Below, in pieces: positions 12,311 to 28,270 of a stretch of 64,000 nt of DNA (the first letter of the stretch is position 1; each line of letters begins with the position of its first letter). A program made the position numbers and the translations under genes. This stretch comes from the human T2T-CHM13v2.0 reference genome, Homo sapiens: assembly GCF_009914755.1 (NCBI RefSeq), contig NC_060928.1, one strand, 5' to 3'. The notes below the pieces were generated by a model. It made no database searches. It saw only the letters and a list, made by a program, of their open reading frames with translations, and was not told the origin of the DNA.

Positions 12311-14427
12311 ACACAAGGGCGTGGGAATAAATCCCAAATGACCATTTCTGGCAAAAAATGCTGAGTTAAAAAAATCACGGGAGAACACCCCTTTGTTTAG
12401 GTACTTGCTATCTCTTAAAAGAACACAGAAATTATAGTTTATATATTTTACATGAATATTGAGGAAAATAAGGATCTGAAGGATATGCAGAGAAATACAT
12501 GAAAATACAAAATTAGGTGTCTAAATTCAGAAAAGCTGGTAAATATTAATGAAGTAAAATAGCAGGCAAAGACATGTGGGAGGGGAGTGTGACTTAGAAT
12601 GTAGACCTGAATAAGAAAATTAAAAGTTATTTTAAAGTTAGTTGAAGGACTAAGGGTGGAAATCCATAGGATTCCTGCTTTTTTTCTGTCTATGCTACTT
12701 TGGCAAGTATAGTGCATAAAAGACATAAGGAAGATTGAGAAAATCATGGATGATCTTTCTACTTAAATGAAATTGTATCCAAAACCAAAAAACAAAAACA
12801 AGAGTGAGAGACAGAACTTTTTCTATGGGTTTCCCACTGTGGAAATCTCCCTACAGACACCTCATGTGTTCTTTGATTATTTGGCTGGTTGGATTATTTT
12901 CTCTCTCTTCTGGCTGTTTGCTAACTGAGGTTTTCATTACAGAGGCCGTCTATCACCCGGGTACCAATTCCTGATTAATGGAAAGACACCATCTCTCGAC
13001 ATGGTACCCTCCAGGTTTGATTGACGCTGCTTCGAGCTTTGAGCACGCATCGGTTATGTGACCCCGGGCCTCTTGTTTGCTCATCTGTTTTCATTTTGTG
13101 GTATAGAAACTTTACATGTCCAGCCACTACTAAGCAGAAACACAAAGAAGCAATTATCTATTCAATTGATGTTTCCCAGATGCAAGTTATTTAATGCTTT
13201 TATTAACCCTTAGAGTGGCATGTTATCCAGTCTCCACACCAGGTGAATATTCGGTAGGAAACACAGCTCCTATACACACACTATTGTCATTTAAAATTAA
13301 AGGGAAAAATTAAAATGTCTCTCCAGCCAAACTAGCCCTTTTTCAGCATTTTTACATATTATGAAATAAATCTAAGGCAACTTTTAGGTTGTTTACAGAG
13401 AATAAAAAGTTATCTTTAAATCTAGGGCTTAAAATGAATAATTAGAGGTAAATCTAGTTGGCTTAATCAAAATAACTGCTATAGGAATTACATACAATTA
13501 GCGTCCAAATAAAATCCTTAGCCTACTCTATACAGGAAAGTAATATAAATATTAGATAGGAAAATATCAATTCTCTCTCTCATGTCTTCTCAAGATCACA
13601 TTTAAACCCTTGATCCTTCTTGTCATTTCAAGCACAAGCCAAAATACAAGCCAAAACACAAGCAAATCATGAGGATAAGGCTGAATTTTAAATCTTGATT
13701 CCAAAAGCCACTCTCCTATTCTGGTTAGAAAAATAACAAAGCTATGTTCTGTCTTTTATCACTGCACATTTAGGCCACAATCATTCAAGTGTTTTGCCAA
13801 CAATGAGCACAGCACAAGGTACCAGGGGGCAATGGGTAGACAACCTTTCGACAGCTTATTCCAGCACAGACTGATGCAAAACAAAATGCTGCCAGAGCCA
13901 AGTCCCCTTTCGGCTTCTTCCTGGCTTTGTACAATCTTATTCCTCACTTAATTTCTCCATCCTGTTCCCTTCTCTCTGCCCCTAGTAGCCCGTGACTCAC
14001 ATAAGCCTTTCTCAGGCCAGCAGGCACATGGGAGCCTCACCCGGCCTGGGGCCAGCAGATGAACCAGGAGTGTGACCCAGGTCCCAGCAATAACCAGAGG
14101 TGACAGGGCAAGGGCTACAGCTTAAGCACTTTGAAGATGAGACTTCTGACCACATGGAGAGAAAATAAGCACCAACCTATACCCGTTGCACAGGGTACAG
14201 TAGAGCCACCAAATTGCAGTCAGGAGCCAGGACCTCTTCGCTGGATGCTGTCCTCGCCCATATCACCCCACACCGGGTCATCGCGGTCTGTGTGCATCAC
14301 TTTCCACCTCTTTCCTTTATCTTTGTCCTATTCCACCATTGCTTCTGCTTCCTTCCCCAAGACTGATCATGTATGTCCCAACTGAAAAACAAAAATCTCT
14401 TTTCTGAACCCTGCAACAGTCTCTACC

Positions 14428-14654
14428 AGCGGTCCTCACACAGGGCAATGCCCTTCCCACCCCCACCAGAGGACATTTAGCAACATCTAGAGACCTTTAT
14501 GTTTGTCACCGCTAGGGGAGGGGTTGCCACTGTCATGGGGTGTCCAGGCCAGGGATGCTGCCAAACCTCCTACAAGGCACAGGACAGCCTTCTCTCCCCA
14601 ACAACAAAGAATTGTGTGGCCCAAACTGCCCATAGTGCTGAGGGAGCAACTCTG
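14428..14654. mobile_element. MER20 (hAT-Charlie) element
   Basis: ggacatttagcaacatctagagac...ggccagggatgctgccaaacctcctacaaggcacaggacagcc..acaacaaagaatt..ggcccaaa. Confidence 0.8.
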
Positions 14655-15210
14655 CTTTGGACACCACTCGCTAAACTTCCCAAATGAACTCCCTGCGTGT
14701 TGTCTACACTTAGTGGTTTGCGCTTTCTCCCTCCCAACTCACGCTGAACCGCAAGGATTGGTTGGCTGCCTGCTCTGCTGCACACACACAGCTCTTGCAA
14801 ATGGCACACCCAATTCTACAGAAAAACGCAGCGGATAGTGCAGAGGAGAAACGCAGGTTCTCTCCTCTCTTCTTTGCTTTTACACAAAGATAATCTTCTC
14901 ACCAAAACTGTGCTCTCAGTGTGACATCAGAGAGAAACCAGAATGGGACTTCACTGACATCACTCACCACCACAGAAATTCAACTAGCAGCTCTCCACAG
15001 GCAAGAATACCATCGTGCATGTCCCAGAATTCAGGACTAAGGCTGAGACACACTCCTGGACCCCAGAGCTAAGAAAAGCTGTTGCAATGGTAAAAAGTGG
15101 AGAGAGATGTTGAGCGCACACTCCTCCCCAACCTGGCAGAGCCTCACATGCAGAGATTCCTCTGGATCCGCAGTTGCACGGTGAGAAAGTGAGTTGGAGG
15201 CAGAAGTTCT

Positions 15211-15698
15211 GCTTCCCCACCATTCTGGGCCCCTTTGCAGGAGCTCACGCCTGTCTTGTCCCACGGGAAACGCTTCCCCACGATTCTGGGCCCCTTTGCA
15301 GGAGCTCACGCCTGTCTTGTCCCACGGGAAACGCTCCCCCGCCATTCTGGGCCCCTTTGCAGGAGCTCACGCCTGTCTTGTCCCACGGGAAACGCTTCCC
15401 CGCCATTCTGGGCCGCTTTGCAGGAGCTCACGCCTGTCTTGTCCCACAGGAAACGCTTCCCCGCCATTCTGGGCCCCTTTGCAGGAGCTCACGCCTGTCT
15501 TGTCCCATGGGAAACACATCCCCACCATTCTGGGCCGCTTTGCAGGAGCTCACGCCTGTCTTGTCCCACAGGAAACACTTCCCCGCCATTCTGGGCCCCT
15601 TTGCAGGAGCTCACGCCTGTCTTGTCCCATGGGAAACACATCCCCACCATTCTGGGCCACTTTGCAGGAGCTCACACCTGTCTTGTCCCACGGGAAAC
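15211..15698 (+). repeat. minisatellite, 61-bp unit x8
   Basis: Unit gcttccccaccattctgggcccctttgcaggagctcacgcctgtcttgtcccacgggaaac; 8 near-identical copies. Confidence 0.97.
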
Positions 15699-15949
15699 AT
15701 TGGGAGTGCCCACAGGGCCAGTTAGAAACAAAAACAGGTGGGGCTCACAGCAAACAGGGCACAGATCGGGCCTGGCCCATGGAGGTGCCACATCAGAGAA
15801 ACTAGCCAGAGGCACCACGCCACAGGAAGCACCCCCACAGGTGCTCCAGGCTCAGCCCCCAGCGTGCTTCAACGCCCTTCGTAATAGCAAACCCTCGCAA
15901 ATCCAGCATGGAGGGAGCTGCCTCAGCACAGGAGAGACGCCCATGCCAC

Positions 15950-18490
<2,541 letters not shown>

Positions 18491-18497
18491 TAATAAT

Positions 18498-18790
18498 ATT
18501 TTTTGTTCTGAGACAGTCTCACTCTGTTGCCCAGGCAGGGATGGGGTGGTGCAATCATGGCTCACTGCAGTCTCAATCTCTCAGGCTCAAGCGATCCTCC
18601 TGCCTCAGCCTCCTGAGCAGCTGGAACTACAGCCACATGCAACCACACTGGACTAATTTTTTAAATTTTGTGTAGAGATGGGATTTTGCTATGTTGCTCA
18701 GGCTGGTCTTGAACTCCTGGACTCAAGCTATCCTCCATCCTTGGCCTCCCAAATTGCTAAGCTTACAGGCAGGAGCCGCTATATTCAGGC
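18498..18790 (-). mobile_element. AluJ
   Basis: tgagacagtctcactctgttgcccaggc..ggctcaagcgatcctcctgcctcagcctcc..gaactcctggactcaagc. Confidence 0.9.
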
Positions 18791-18859
18791 AACTTTTTTA
18801 AAAAAACTATGTTCTCTGCTGGTTTCTGTGACCTCGTCACATCATTGTCGTGGTCATTG

Positions 18860-19310
18860 ATTCCTGAAGTGTGAACTCTAAATGCCTTTGTCTGGCTCCT
18901 AGGACCCTTGTCTACATGCCCCACCATTGAATCTCATAGGTCCTCCCCTCACACCTTGCTTTTCGGTTGTGCAAACCACTTATCAATTCCCAAAGAGGCT
19001 GAGCACACTCTAATCTTTCCTTTTCTGCCCAGATTCCTCCCCGCTAATGCTGATTAACCCTTTTCCACCTTTCGAAATTCAAGACAAATGTCTCCTCCTC
19101 TGTGACAGAATTCTGGGCCACCGTCAGTGCCTTCCTCTTGCCTGACAAATATCTTGTCACACTTCAGTTTCTACACTTGCTATACCTGTGTGTTCATATG
19201 TCTATTACAACCTCCTCTCCATGCAAATGGAAGGCCCTGGATCTGGGTTCTCTGTACTTTTGTACACCGAGAGCCCAGCACAGTGTCTGGCAATTAGTTG
19301 GTACTAAATA
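18860..19310 (+). mobile_element. L2 3' fragment
   Basis: caaatgtctcctcctctgtga...gcccagcacagtgtctggca..tagttggtactaaata, resembling the L2 3' end. Confidence 0.6.
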
Positions 19311-20843
19311 ACAAAATATGGCAAAACAAATAAATAAAATACATGATTTAAAAGCAGACAATGTAATTGTCATTTGAACAAGTTCTCCAACTTTATTCTA
19401 TTACCTTTAAATTCTCTCTTTTTCCTTTCTTCCCCATCCTTGCAAATGAAAAGATCCATGTACTATCAACCTTCCTCTCAAGGCTTGGGGTTTTAATGAG
19501 TCAATGTAATAAATTTACGTGTTTTGGAGACGAAAGAGCTGAGACAGAGAGGCTAAGTAACTTACCCGAGTAGGAGCTGCGACCTAAAGTCTGTATTTCT
19601 GACACTGCACTGATCCTAACCCAGGCAGTGAAGGTCCAGGGAAGTGAAATAAGACACACTGGACCATGACGATACATGGGAGGGAAATCTGTGAAAGACA
19701 GAGAAACAGAGCTTAGTGCCCAGGGTGGGATCTTAGGCTATTCTGGGTGATGGTGAGTGGGCAGGCCAGCAGCATTAAAGCAGCAGTAGGAGGCAGGGAT
19801 GGGACCCTCGTCATAACCCGCCTCTAAGGGAACTCACTGCAGGGTGAGCATGGCCCATCAGTGACCCGTCAGGCAGGTGTAGCAGATATTTTGCATGACT
19901 CTGATGCACTGCTTCCATTTTTTAAGGGAGTGGTTGACTCACAGTCGGTATACCGGGGGTGACCCAGGCTCTGGTCTGCCGCAGTAACACTGGTCACATG
20001 CTCCCCGGAGCGCAATGGTAGCTGGTTGAGCATCCTCACCAAGTACGGTTACCTGCTTCTCATTCTCACGGACACAGGCTTCTAACAACTTTTCCGATTG
20101 CACAAGATCATTTTTGAGGCTTCATTCCCTCCCCCACAGTAAAGAACAGACCCCAAATCCTCAGCTTGGTCTAAAAAAAGTATTCTAAAATATGTACATT
20201 GATTTTTTCAACTGAATGTTTTCAACTAAATCATCTCAATGGAAAGTGAAAAGGGAATTTTTGTTTGTTCAATAGTTTGCCCAAAGGATTGTATCATTTC
20301 TTTAAAGTAAATTTTAGTCAAAAAGTAGATTTATATAAAATTCTAACAAAATTGCTTTCTTCTGGAATAAACAAGTCCTGTAAAATACTGTGTATTTATA
20401 TATAAAATAACAGATAATATACACTATATATATATCACACCCTATAATATGTACTATATGTATATAAATATTTTATAAGGAGAATTTTATTCCTATGACG
20501 TAATGGTGTTATAATTTTGAAAACCAGAAGTAGGGCCTAACAATGTGTTAAAAATATTTGCACTAAGTGTTCATTGATGCGTTAATGTCATTTTCATCTT
20601 CCCCCAACAAATATTTAACATTCAATACTTATACATATCCCCTGGTAAATGAACTTTCTTATTTGCCAGCAAAGGTTCTTAGAAAAATAGACTGAAAAGA
20701 AATAACTTCTATCTAAAGATGTTTCAAAAGCTTCACACAACTTACAGAATGGATAAAAATGTCGCATAACTTACAAGGGTAAATTAGCATGTGAAGGGTA
20801 AATATCATTTTACTTTAATGTCTCTCAAAAATCAAAATCTTAC

Positions 20844-20861
20844 CTTACCATAATTCTTAAC
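20844..20861 (-). CDS. candidate 18-nt microexon (x-LRIMV-x in phase 2 or VKNYGK in phase 0)
   Basis: Minus strand reads ctgcttattaattgctttttag|GTTAAGAATTATGGTAAG|gtaaga, with two TGC motifs by the acceptor and a strong AAG|GTAAG donor. An internal GTAAG would give a 13-nt form. Confidence 0.38.
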
Positions 20862-22519
20862 CTAAAAAGCAATTAATAAGCAGTGTTTTATAATGTTGCT
20901 GTATCTTGGGTGTGCCTGGGGAACTATTTGTGTTCTTCTTAACTGAGCTGTATAAGCAAGTAACAAGCTGCTCTGAGAAATCATTCGGCTTTTGAAACCA
21001 AAATGATTATTAGATTAGGTCAGAGAGATCCACAGCCAAATTTATCATGCTCATATGTCTCTTTTTATCTGCCAAATATAATTGCTTGTTATTTGTCTTT
21101 TTAAAATATAAAATAAAGTTCAGTGCGCAAATAAAAATTCAATGCAGCTCAATACATGAAAGTTGTTTTTACAGAGATTCAAATCAAAGCCATCCTGTCC
21201 AATCCCGCTCTCATTTAGAAAGGTTTCCATTGGAGCAGAAAGGTGGTAATGGCTGACAGCCAATCTGCAGTGGAAAAAATGCAAGCCTGTGACCTAGAAG
21301 GCACTGGTGTTCAAAGCCCTAATTACTCAGATGTCAGAAGTACAAGATTACAGGCTTTTATAATGTCAAGATAATTAAGATAGTTTGCAAAATTGCACCT
21401 GGTAAATTCTAAATTCAAGTGACCCCAGTGGTCTGCAAAAGAATATAAAGATGTCCTTGGTAGCCTTCTGCCTGTATCTCAGTGGTACTCTCTTCCTGCC
21501 TTTATCTCAGTGGCACTCTCTTTCTGTCCCTAATAATGCACACTGTGATCCCAAACCTGTACCTGTGAGTCGAGACGAACAAGATGGTGCACCAGCTCTT
21601 GAGCTTCTGAGAAGAAAAGGAAAACAGGAGCCTGTCCCCATCCCACACTGTGCTGGAGACTTTCTTAGACACTGAACCACACTTCCACCCATTGTGTTGA
21701 AGACAAGAATACGGGGAGCCAGAGACGCTGAGGAAACGTGCCCAAGCCGGCGGCAAAGCTGAGATTTGCAGCAGCCCCGTTAGTCTAGAAGACTCTGACT
21801 GACATCAGCTGAGGCCAGATTTAAAGAGACGAGCATTCATGGGAGCATCTGTTATTTTGTCACACCCTCCCTAACTCGGTTTTAAATAAACAACTCAAGT
21901 GAAAAGGGGCAATATTATGTGAATAACTATCATATTACATTATTTGTATCGGAAGACGCTTTTGTTTTCCTCATATATTCTTGATGTCACATGACTTCAG
22001 GCCTTTATGCAAAATGTACAACTGCCACTGTTAAAGTACGTGCTGAAATTATAACGACAACCCTCTCACATCGACCCCCACCCATATGGGCTGGCCCACC
22101 CTATAAGATGCATTGTCATTAGTTATAAATTGAACACTCATTAGAGCTGACAAAATGTTGAACAGCAAAGTATCAAGCATTCCCTGTCATGATTTGAGGT
22201 TAAATTGTCCAAAGTGACTCAGCACAAGGGAGAATAGGTGTATTTCTGGGACACTTTTTGTATTTCAGACTCAAAATTCTCTTGAAAGAAATACAACTCG
22301 AACTTAGCTCATCATATCAAAAGCCAGATCACATAATCCTTCTCACTGAATAAAATCAGATGGGTCTGACAATGAGGTTGGAGGCTTTGCCAAGAGCTTT
22401 TGCTGTATGTTTCTCGAGGAGTGAGAGAGAGAGAGAAAGAGGATGCAACCTGAAGTTCAGCAGCAGCTATCACCACACAGTCAGCTACTCCTGAATCCCA
22501 GCACCTCGAGGATTAGAGG

Positions 22520-22780
22520 GTCCTGTTCAACACAGTAGCCACTAGGCACCTGTGGGTATTGGCCACGTGAAATGGGCTGGTTCCAACTGAGGTCAGCTGC
22601 AAGTGCAAACTATGTCCTGGATTTCACAGATTTAGAGTGGAAAAGAATGCAAACTCTCTTATTACGTGTTTAATTGATGATTTGTTGACGTGAGATTTGG
22701 ATATATCGAAGTAAGTAAAACGTATTATTAAAATTAATTCCACCTGTTTGCTTTTTACTTTTTTAATGAGGCCACTAAAG
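22520..22780. mobile_element. MER33/MER3-type hAT-Charlie fragment
   Basis: cagtagccactaggcacctgtgg...ttattaaaattaattccacctgtttgctttttacttttttaatgaggccacta. Confidence 0.7.
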
Positions 22781-22789
22781 ACAACTTAC

Positions 22790-23320
22790 CCATATGTTCC
22801 AAATAATTGAAAGTAGGATCTTGAAGAGGCATTTTCATGTCCATGTTCACAGCAGCATTGTTCACAAAAGCCAGATTTTCAATAGCTAAATGGATAAGCA
22901 AAATAAGGTCTATCTGCATAATGAAACCTCATTCAGCCATAAAAGATAATGAAGTACTAATACATCCTACAACATGCTTGAACCTTAATAACATCGTGGT
23001 AGGTGAAAGACGTCAGTCACAAAAGACCACATACTCCATGATTCCGTTCATATGAAAATCCAGAATGGAGGGGTCCACACAGACAGAAAGGAGGTAAATG
23101 GTTTCTTAGCCATGGGGGTGAGAAGATGGGGCCATTTGGAAAGAGTTCTAGGTTTCTTTTTGAGGTGATAAAAATGTTCTAAAATTGACTGTGGTGATGT
23201 TTGTACCTACTTGTGAATATATTGAAAACCATTGAGTCATACAGTTGAAGTGGGTGAGTTGTATGGAATGTGAATTATATCTCAACAAAGTTGTTTTTTT
23301 TTTTAAAAAAAAAAAAAAGA
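22790..23320 (+). mobile_element. L1MB 3' fragment
   Basis: catgttcacagcagcattgttcacaaaagcca..cagtcacaaaagaccacatac..gtgaattatatctcaacaaagttgtt plus A tail. Confidence 0.85.
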
Positions 23321-25551
23321 AAACTCTCAAGAAACTGATGGAAAGTTGGGAGAGGAGAATTTCAGGCAGAGAGAGTGGCACTTGCAAATAGGATCTGCTG
23401 TGAAGGAACAGATTTGTTCTCTCCCCTTGGATGGTGCTCCGTGTCTCTGTCCTTAATTAATACCCAGGCCAGGCTTTCACTGGGCCCCATGGCACTGGCA
23501 TGGGACAAAGCTCTCCAGGCCTGTCTTGCCCAAAACACTGCTCGTACAACCCTTTATTGTGCATGCATGCAGCCTCACTGAAGCTTCTACTGGAAGAAAC
23601 AGAAAAACTACCACATAACAGGAAGACAGGGTAAAAAAAAAAGTGCTCCTGGTGGAATACATTAAGTTGCTAGTGATAATTAACCTTGTTATTAAGAGCC
23701 ACAGTAATTATTACACAAAAATAATGTAACCATGCAAAGTAACAAATCAAATGGACATGTTTGTAAAAATGAGGATTGAGGAAGATTTTTTCTTACTGAA
23801 CTGCATAAAAGATGTTGCATTTGAAGCATCAGAAAGTGTTTCTCCACCAACAGCATCTCCAAAAAGTCAGAAATCTGACGAATACCATTCCCTTAAAGAA
23901 CGAGACACTTTGCATGATTGCCTTTTACAGCCCTCACTGAGGCTGGAGACTTCCACAACTGAATCAAAAGAGATGGCTCAACTGTGCCAGGGAAAGGGAA
24001 CTTTTGCCCTCTGATTCACTTAAAAGGCAGAATGACGGACAAGCCGACCTGCTCAGCCTGCAGGTGAGGGAGGGAATCCGAGCCGCTGGCACAGAGAGGA
24101 AAACCACACTGTTAGGTGTCCCGTTTACTTCATGTGCTCGCACCAGGGTGAGGACAGCAGGCCTCACCCCAAAACGCAGAAATGCTGGCATACTGTTCCC
24201 CTAAAAAGGAGCTGAAGAGGACATGATACAAACAGCACCTGCCACGTAACCCTCAAAAACATGAGGAAAATTACATGACACTTGTCAGTCCTTTTTGTTG
24301 ATTCAAATATCTGTGGATTGATTACTAAATTTGTTGACTAATCCCTCAGGTAGTAAACAAGTCATGAAAACCTGAAGGCTATTATACAGCCTTTCCCACA
24401 TTTTCAAATGTGTCCTGACCTCGACCAGGAATATTCTAGGGTCCGAAAGGGTGATTTATGTGATCCTATAAAGTGACATAATGAGACTGGCTATTAGCAT
24501 ATGTTCAAATACGTTCAAAGCCAGAACCTGGACATGCGATGTAGTGTTTAGGGCCTAACGAAGTAGACCCGATTGATCTTTCACACTTTCGAGAAGCAGG
24601 CAGGCGGCTCAGGGCAGGTAAGCAGCTCCGCTGCATGAAGTCATCTGGGGCTCTGATACCCTTGACATTGCACTGGCTTTCCTCGGGATGTTCTAATCAT
24701 CCATGCCGTCGATACTGACTCCCCACCACACCCATGCTTAATCCTATGAGAAGAGAAACCGAGCCCCAAATCCCTCCTTTTAAGGGCCTTTCACTGCTGG
24801 GGGACTTAGATACATGGTCCAGCTTTTTCACTGGGGAAGCTGGGATATGCAGTCTCCAGCAGGCAGCCATATGCCCAACCAAAGCTCAGGAGAATGGGGC
24901 TTCTGAGTTTAAGACAGACAGAGGGAAGGGGCAGCAGAGGACAGTTAATGTTGCCATGCCTGCCTTAGCAAAGCAGTTGTGTGTTTCTCCTTAGCACAGA
25001 AGGCTATGTGCTTTGAAATGATTGGATTTTCAAAGTCATTTGACCATTTACTAACTCCTCTCCATGACTTCCTGTGCATTCTATAATTTCTCACCCTATC
25101 CCATTTTCCCAAACTCTTCCTCTGCATCCTGCTCGTATATATCAGCTCCCTAAATCCTCTCTTGCATACTGTAGTTCCTCTTTAAAAATTCTCTTCACCC
25201 CTAGCTATCAGCGAGCATGACTTTCCCAGCCTCCTTCTCCACGGGAATGTTTTTCCTCCCATATTGCACATAAGCCATGGCCTGCAGGTGGGGCAAGCAC
25301 GCCCTTACTCCCACTGCTGTATTCACACGGTATCTCCTCCTTTCTCCTCCAAAAGCCTCCAGCTCCTTTGGAGCACACGCCATCTGACTAGACCACCTGC
25401 GTTTCCCTGCCATCTTCAGACCCCCCACGTTCTTTCCTTCATCCACCACGGACTTCAGCGGCTGGCTCCATCTTCATCTCTACCTACCCTTGTTACCATT
25501 TTCAGTGACTTCAGCTTGCGCGTAGATAATCCACTGAGCAGTGAGCTCTCA

Positions 25552-25986
<435 letters not shown>

Positions 25987-26267
25987 TCATTCTCCTACTA
26001 AGCCTTATCTTTCCAGCTCACTTACTCTGTGCTGCCTACTCCAACCATTTTCAACATTGTAAACCACAAATCCATTGACCTTAAAATGTTTTTATTATCT
26101 ATCATCCCCTCCTGGTCTTACTTTGAACTTTCCCACTTTGGGGTCCAGGGCCCATCATTATAATCACGTTATTCAATTTGATAAACTATAACCACAAACT
26201 TTGTTTCCATTGAATTCACACAGCAAAGCAATAACCTATTCAGACCAACTATTCACCTACTCAGCGC

Positions 26268-26796
26268 TGTTAATAAAAGATCATGAAATCTGCAGAGGAA
26301 AAAGGAAGAGCTTTGTTGTCTATAAAACAGTTAAAAAAAAAAAAAAAAAAAAAACAACAACTCCCGCAGACATTTCTTCGGAAGCACAAATGAAAGTGTG
26401 TGCACCGAAGAACAAAGGAAGGGTTTATGGCTCAAATAGGAAAAGTTTTCTCCCAGGTTCTCTGTCACGTCTGTTTATGCAAATGTAGGATTCACGTGTG
26501 TTCAGTTCTTATTGGTTGAGATAGCCAAGCCTTGACTGGGTGGCTTCCCATCCCAACATTAAAAGTGTCTTTGTCAGGTGTTTTCTTTTAAAATGGCCAA
26601 TGGGGTGGAGATGAGGAGTCTAGCCACTGTTTTTCTTGGCTCTGGTCACAGAAAGCACATGAAGTACGATGTTTGTGAAGAGATGGTTCTCCTCTCACTG
26701 CCCCTTATGGCCACTTGAATCTGTTATCTAAATTTGGGTGTCTCCATTAGTCACCGAGAGCCGATTTCCTCCGGAGAGCTTGAGGTTCCATTTACA
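26268..26796. mobile_element. probable ERV-type solo LTR (family unassigned)
   Basis: TGT...ACA-bounded block interrupting L2-like sequence, with ATGCAAAT, CACGTG and ATTGG motifs. No clear TSD. Confidence 0.4.
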
Positions 26797-26809
26797 ATTC
26801 TATTTCACT

Positions 26810-28270
26810 GCACCATCAGCCAGCAGCTGAAGAAAATCACAAAGCCATAGTGACTGTCCACACTCTAAACTCAAGGTCACAAATCTGAAACACATACTTA
26901 TCACCGTCCAGAGGTTGTGCTACACTTCCCTTGTAAACAAAACTCCAGTATTCAAGACATCCAAGTATTTCACACTTTCTTTATGCTCCTGAAGCCTCCA
27001 ATATTTCTTCTTCTTCCTTCTCTATCGAGAAGAGATAGAGGAACTCCATCTCCCCTCCACCAACTCCAACCTTCCAGGAGGATGGAAGCAACGTCAAGGT
27101 GTTCCCATTCCTGTCTCAAGGCAACACCTCCCCCAGCACTCGGGACCTCACCAGCTCTCAAGGTGCACAGGCTTTGCTTCAGCTGTTTTCTGCTCTCTCC
27201 TCTGCACCATCATAATGTCATCCACACAAGAGAATTCTCACCAACACACTAACCAACTCCAAGATATCCTTCCCTCTGAAACCCTGCCCTGAGCCAGTGT
27301 CTTTCTAGCTCTTTTCCTCATTTCCACTCCCTTGAATTTCATTCTCTTCCTTCCATTCTTGTCAGTGTCCTTCCCCACCACTCCCATAAAGCTCCTTTTA
27401 TCATCGCCACCAGTGGCCTTCATGTTTCCGAATATGGTGATTCATTTTCTTTCTTTCTGCCAAATATGGTGATTCGTTTTCTTTCAGCAGCATCCGGCAG
27501 ACCTGAGAATGCTTGTTGAGGCATTTCCTTCTATCAGCTTCCCTGCCACCTTCTCCAGTCAATCCCCTTGCTTCTCTGGCTACTCCTCGGTCTTCTCTGA
27601 GGGCTTTGGCTTCTCTGCCAGACTTCTAAACCCTGATGTTTGTCCTGGGCCTTCTCCCTTCTCTATCTATCCTCCCTATCTCCACTTAAGCTAAGTTGGG
27701 TCACGCTTTCAAATACTATCATCCCTAAGTGTATGACTTCCAAATTTATATTTTCTAGTCCTGACTAGCCATAGATTCCTAATAAGCCTCTGAAACTTAA
27801 CACATCCAAAACATTCAATCCAAGAAAATAGAACTATCCACCCAGTTGCTTCAGCCAAAAGTCTAGAAGTCCCATTCTTTCCCCCTCACTTCCCACAATC
27901 AGCTCACCAGCTGAATCTGCCCTCTTCTCTCTCACACCATTGCACCACCCAGTCCAACTCATGAACCATTTCCTCAAGTACTGTAATGACTTCTTAACTG
28001 TTTCTGTTCTTGCCCACTTATAATCCCTTTTCCACAGAGGAAACACAATAATCTATTTTAGGTATAAATAAAAGCATGTCATTCTTTGGTTAAGCCTTCC
28101 AGTAGCTTCCCATTCCTCTTGGATAAAATTCAAACTCCTTACTATGTTCCACAGAGCCCTGTATTATCTGGCTCTTGTTTATCTTTCTATTTTTATCTCC
28201 TGCCACACTCTGCCTGGCTTACCGCATCTGCGTCACATTGACCTTCTGTGAGTATTTCAAATGCTCTTTA
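26810..28270 (+). mobile_element. long degenerate L2 segment
   Basis: Pyrimidine-rich L2 hallmarks: gacttccaaatttatattttctagtcctgac, aaacttaacacatccaaaac, ccagttgcttcagccaaaa, ggataaaattcaaactcctta. Related L2 sequence also at ~25000-26250. Confidence 0.7.

Noticed and set aside
11992-12388. Pro/Ser/Phe-rich and Glu/Gly/Arg-rich ORFs
   Set aside because: Low-complexity GA tract.
12452-12475. 24-nt segment after a TGC-containing acceptor
   Set aside because: Very weak donor (CAT|gtaaaa) and a pyrimidine-rich body.
14743-14815. 73-nt minus-strand exon candidate with TGC-rich acceptor and gtgagt donor
   Set aside because: Not frame-preserving, no recognisable peptide; treated as a probable chance pair.
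19943-20170. Minus-strand exon-like segment (ttttttag...gtgagt)
   Set aside because: Stops in all three frames; at most a non-coding exon, with no further support.
26257-26289. 33-nt phase-2-open exon candidate (FHDLLLTALS)
   Set aside because: Straddles the edge of a putative LTR and has a weaker donor (TAG|gtgaat). It shows that such candidates can arise by chance.
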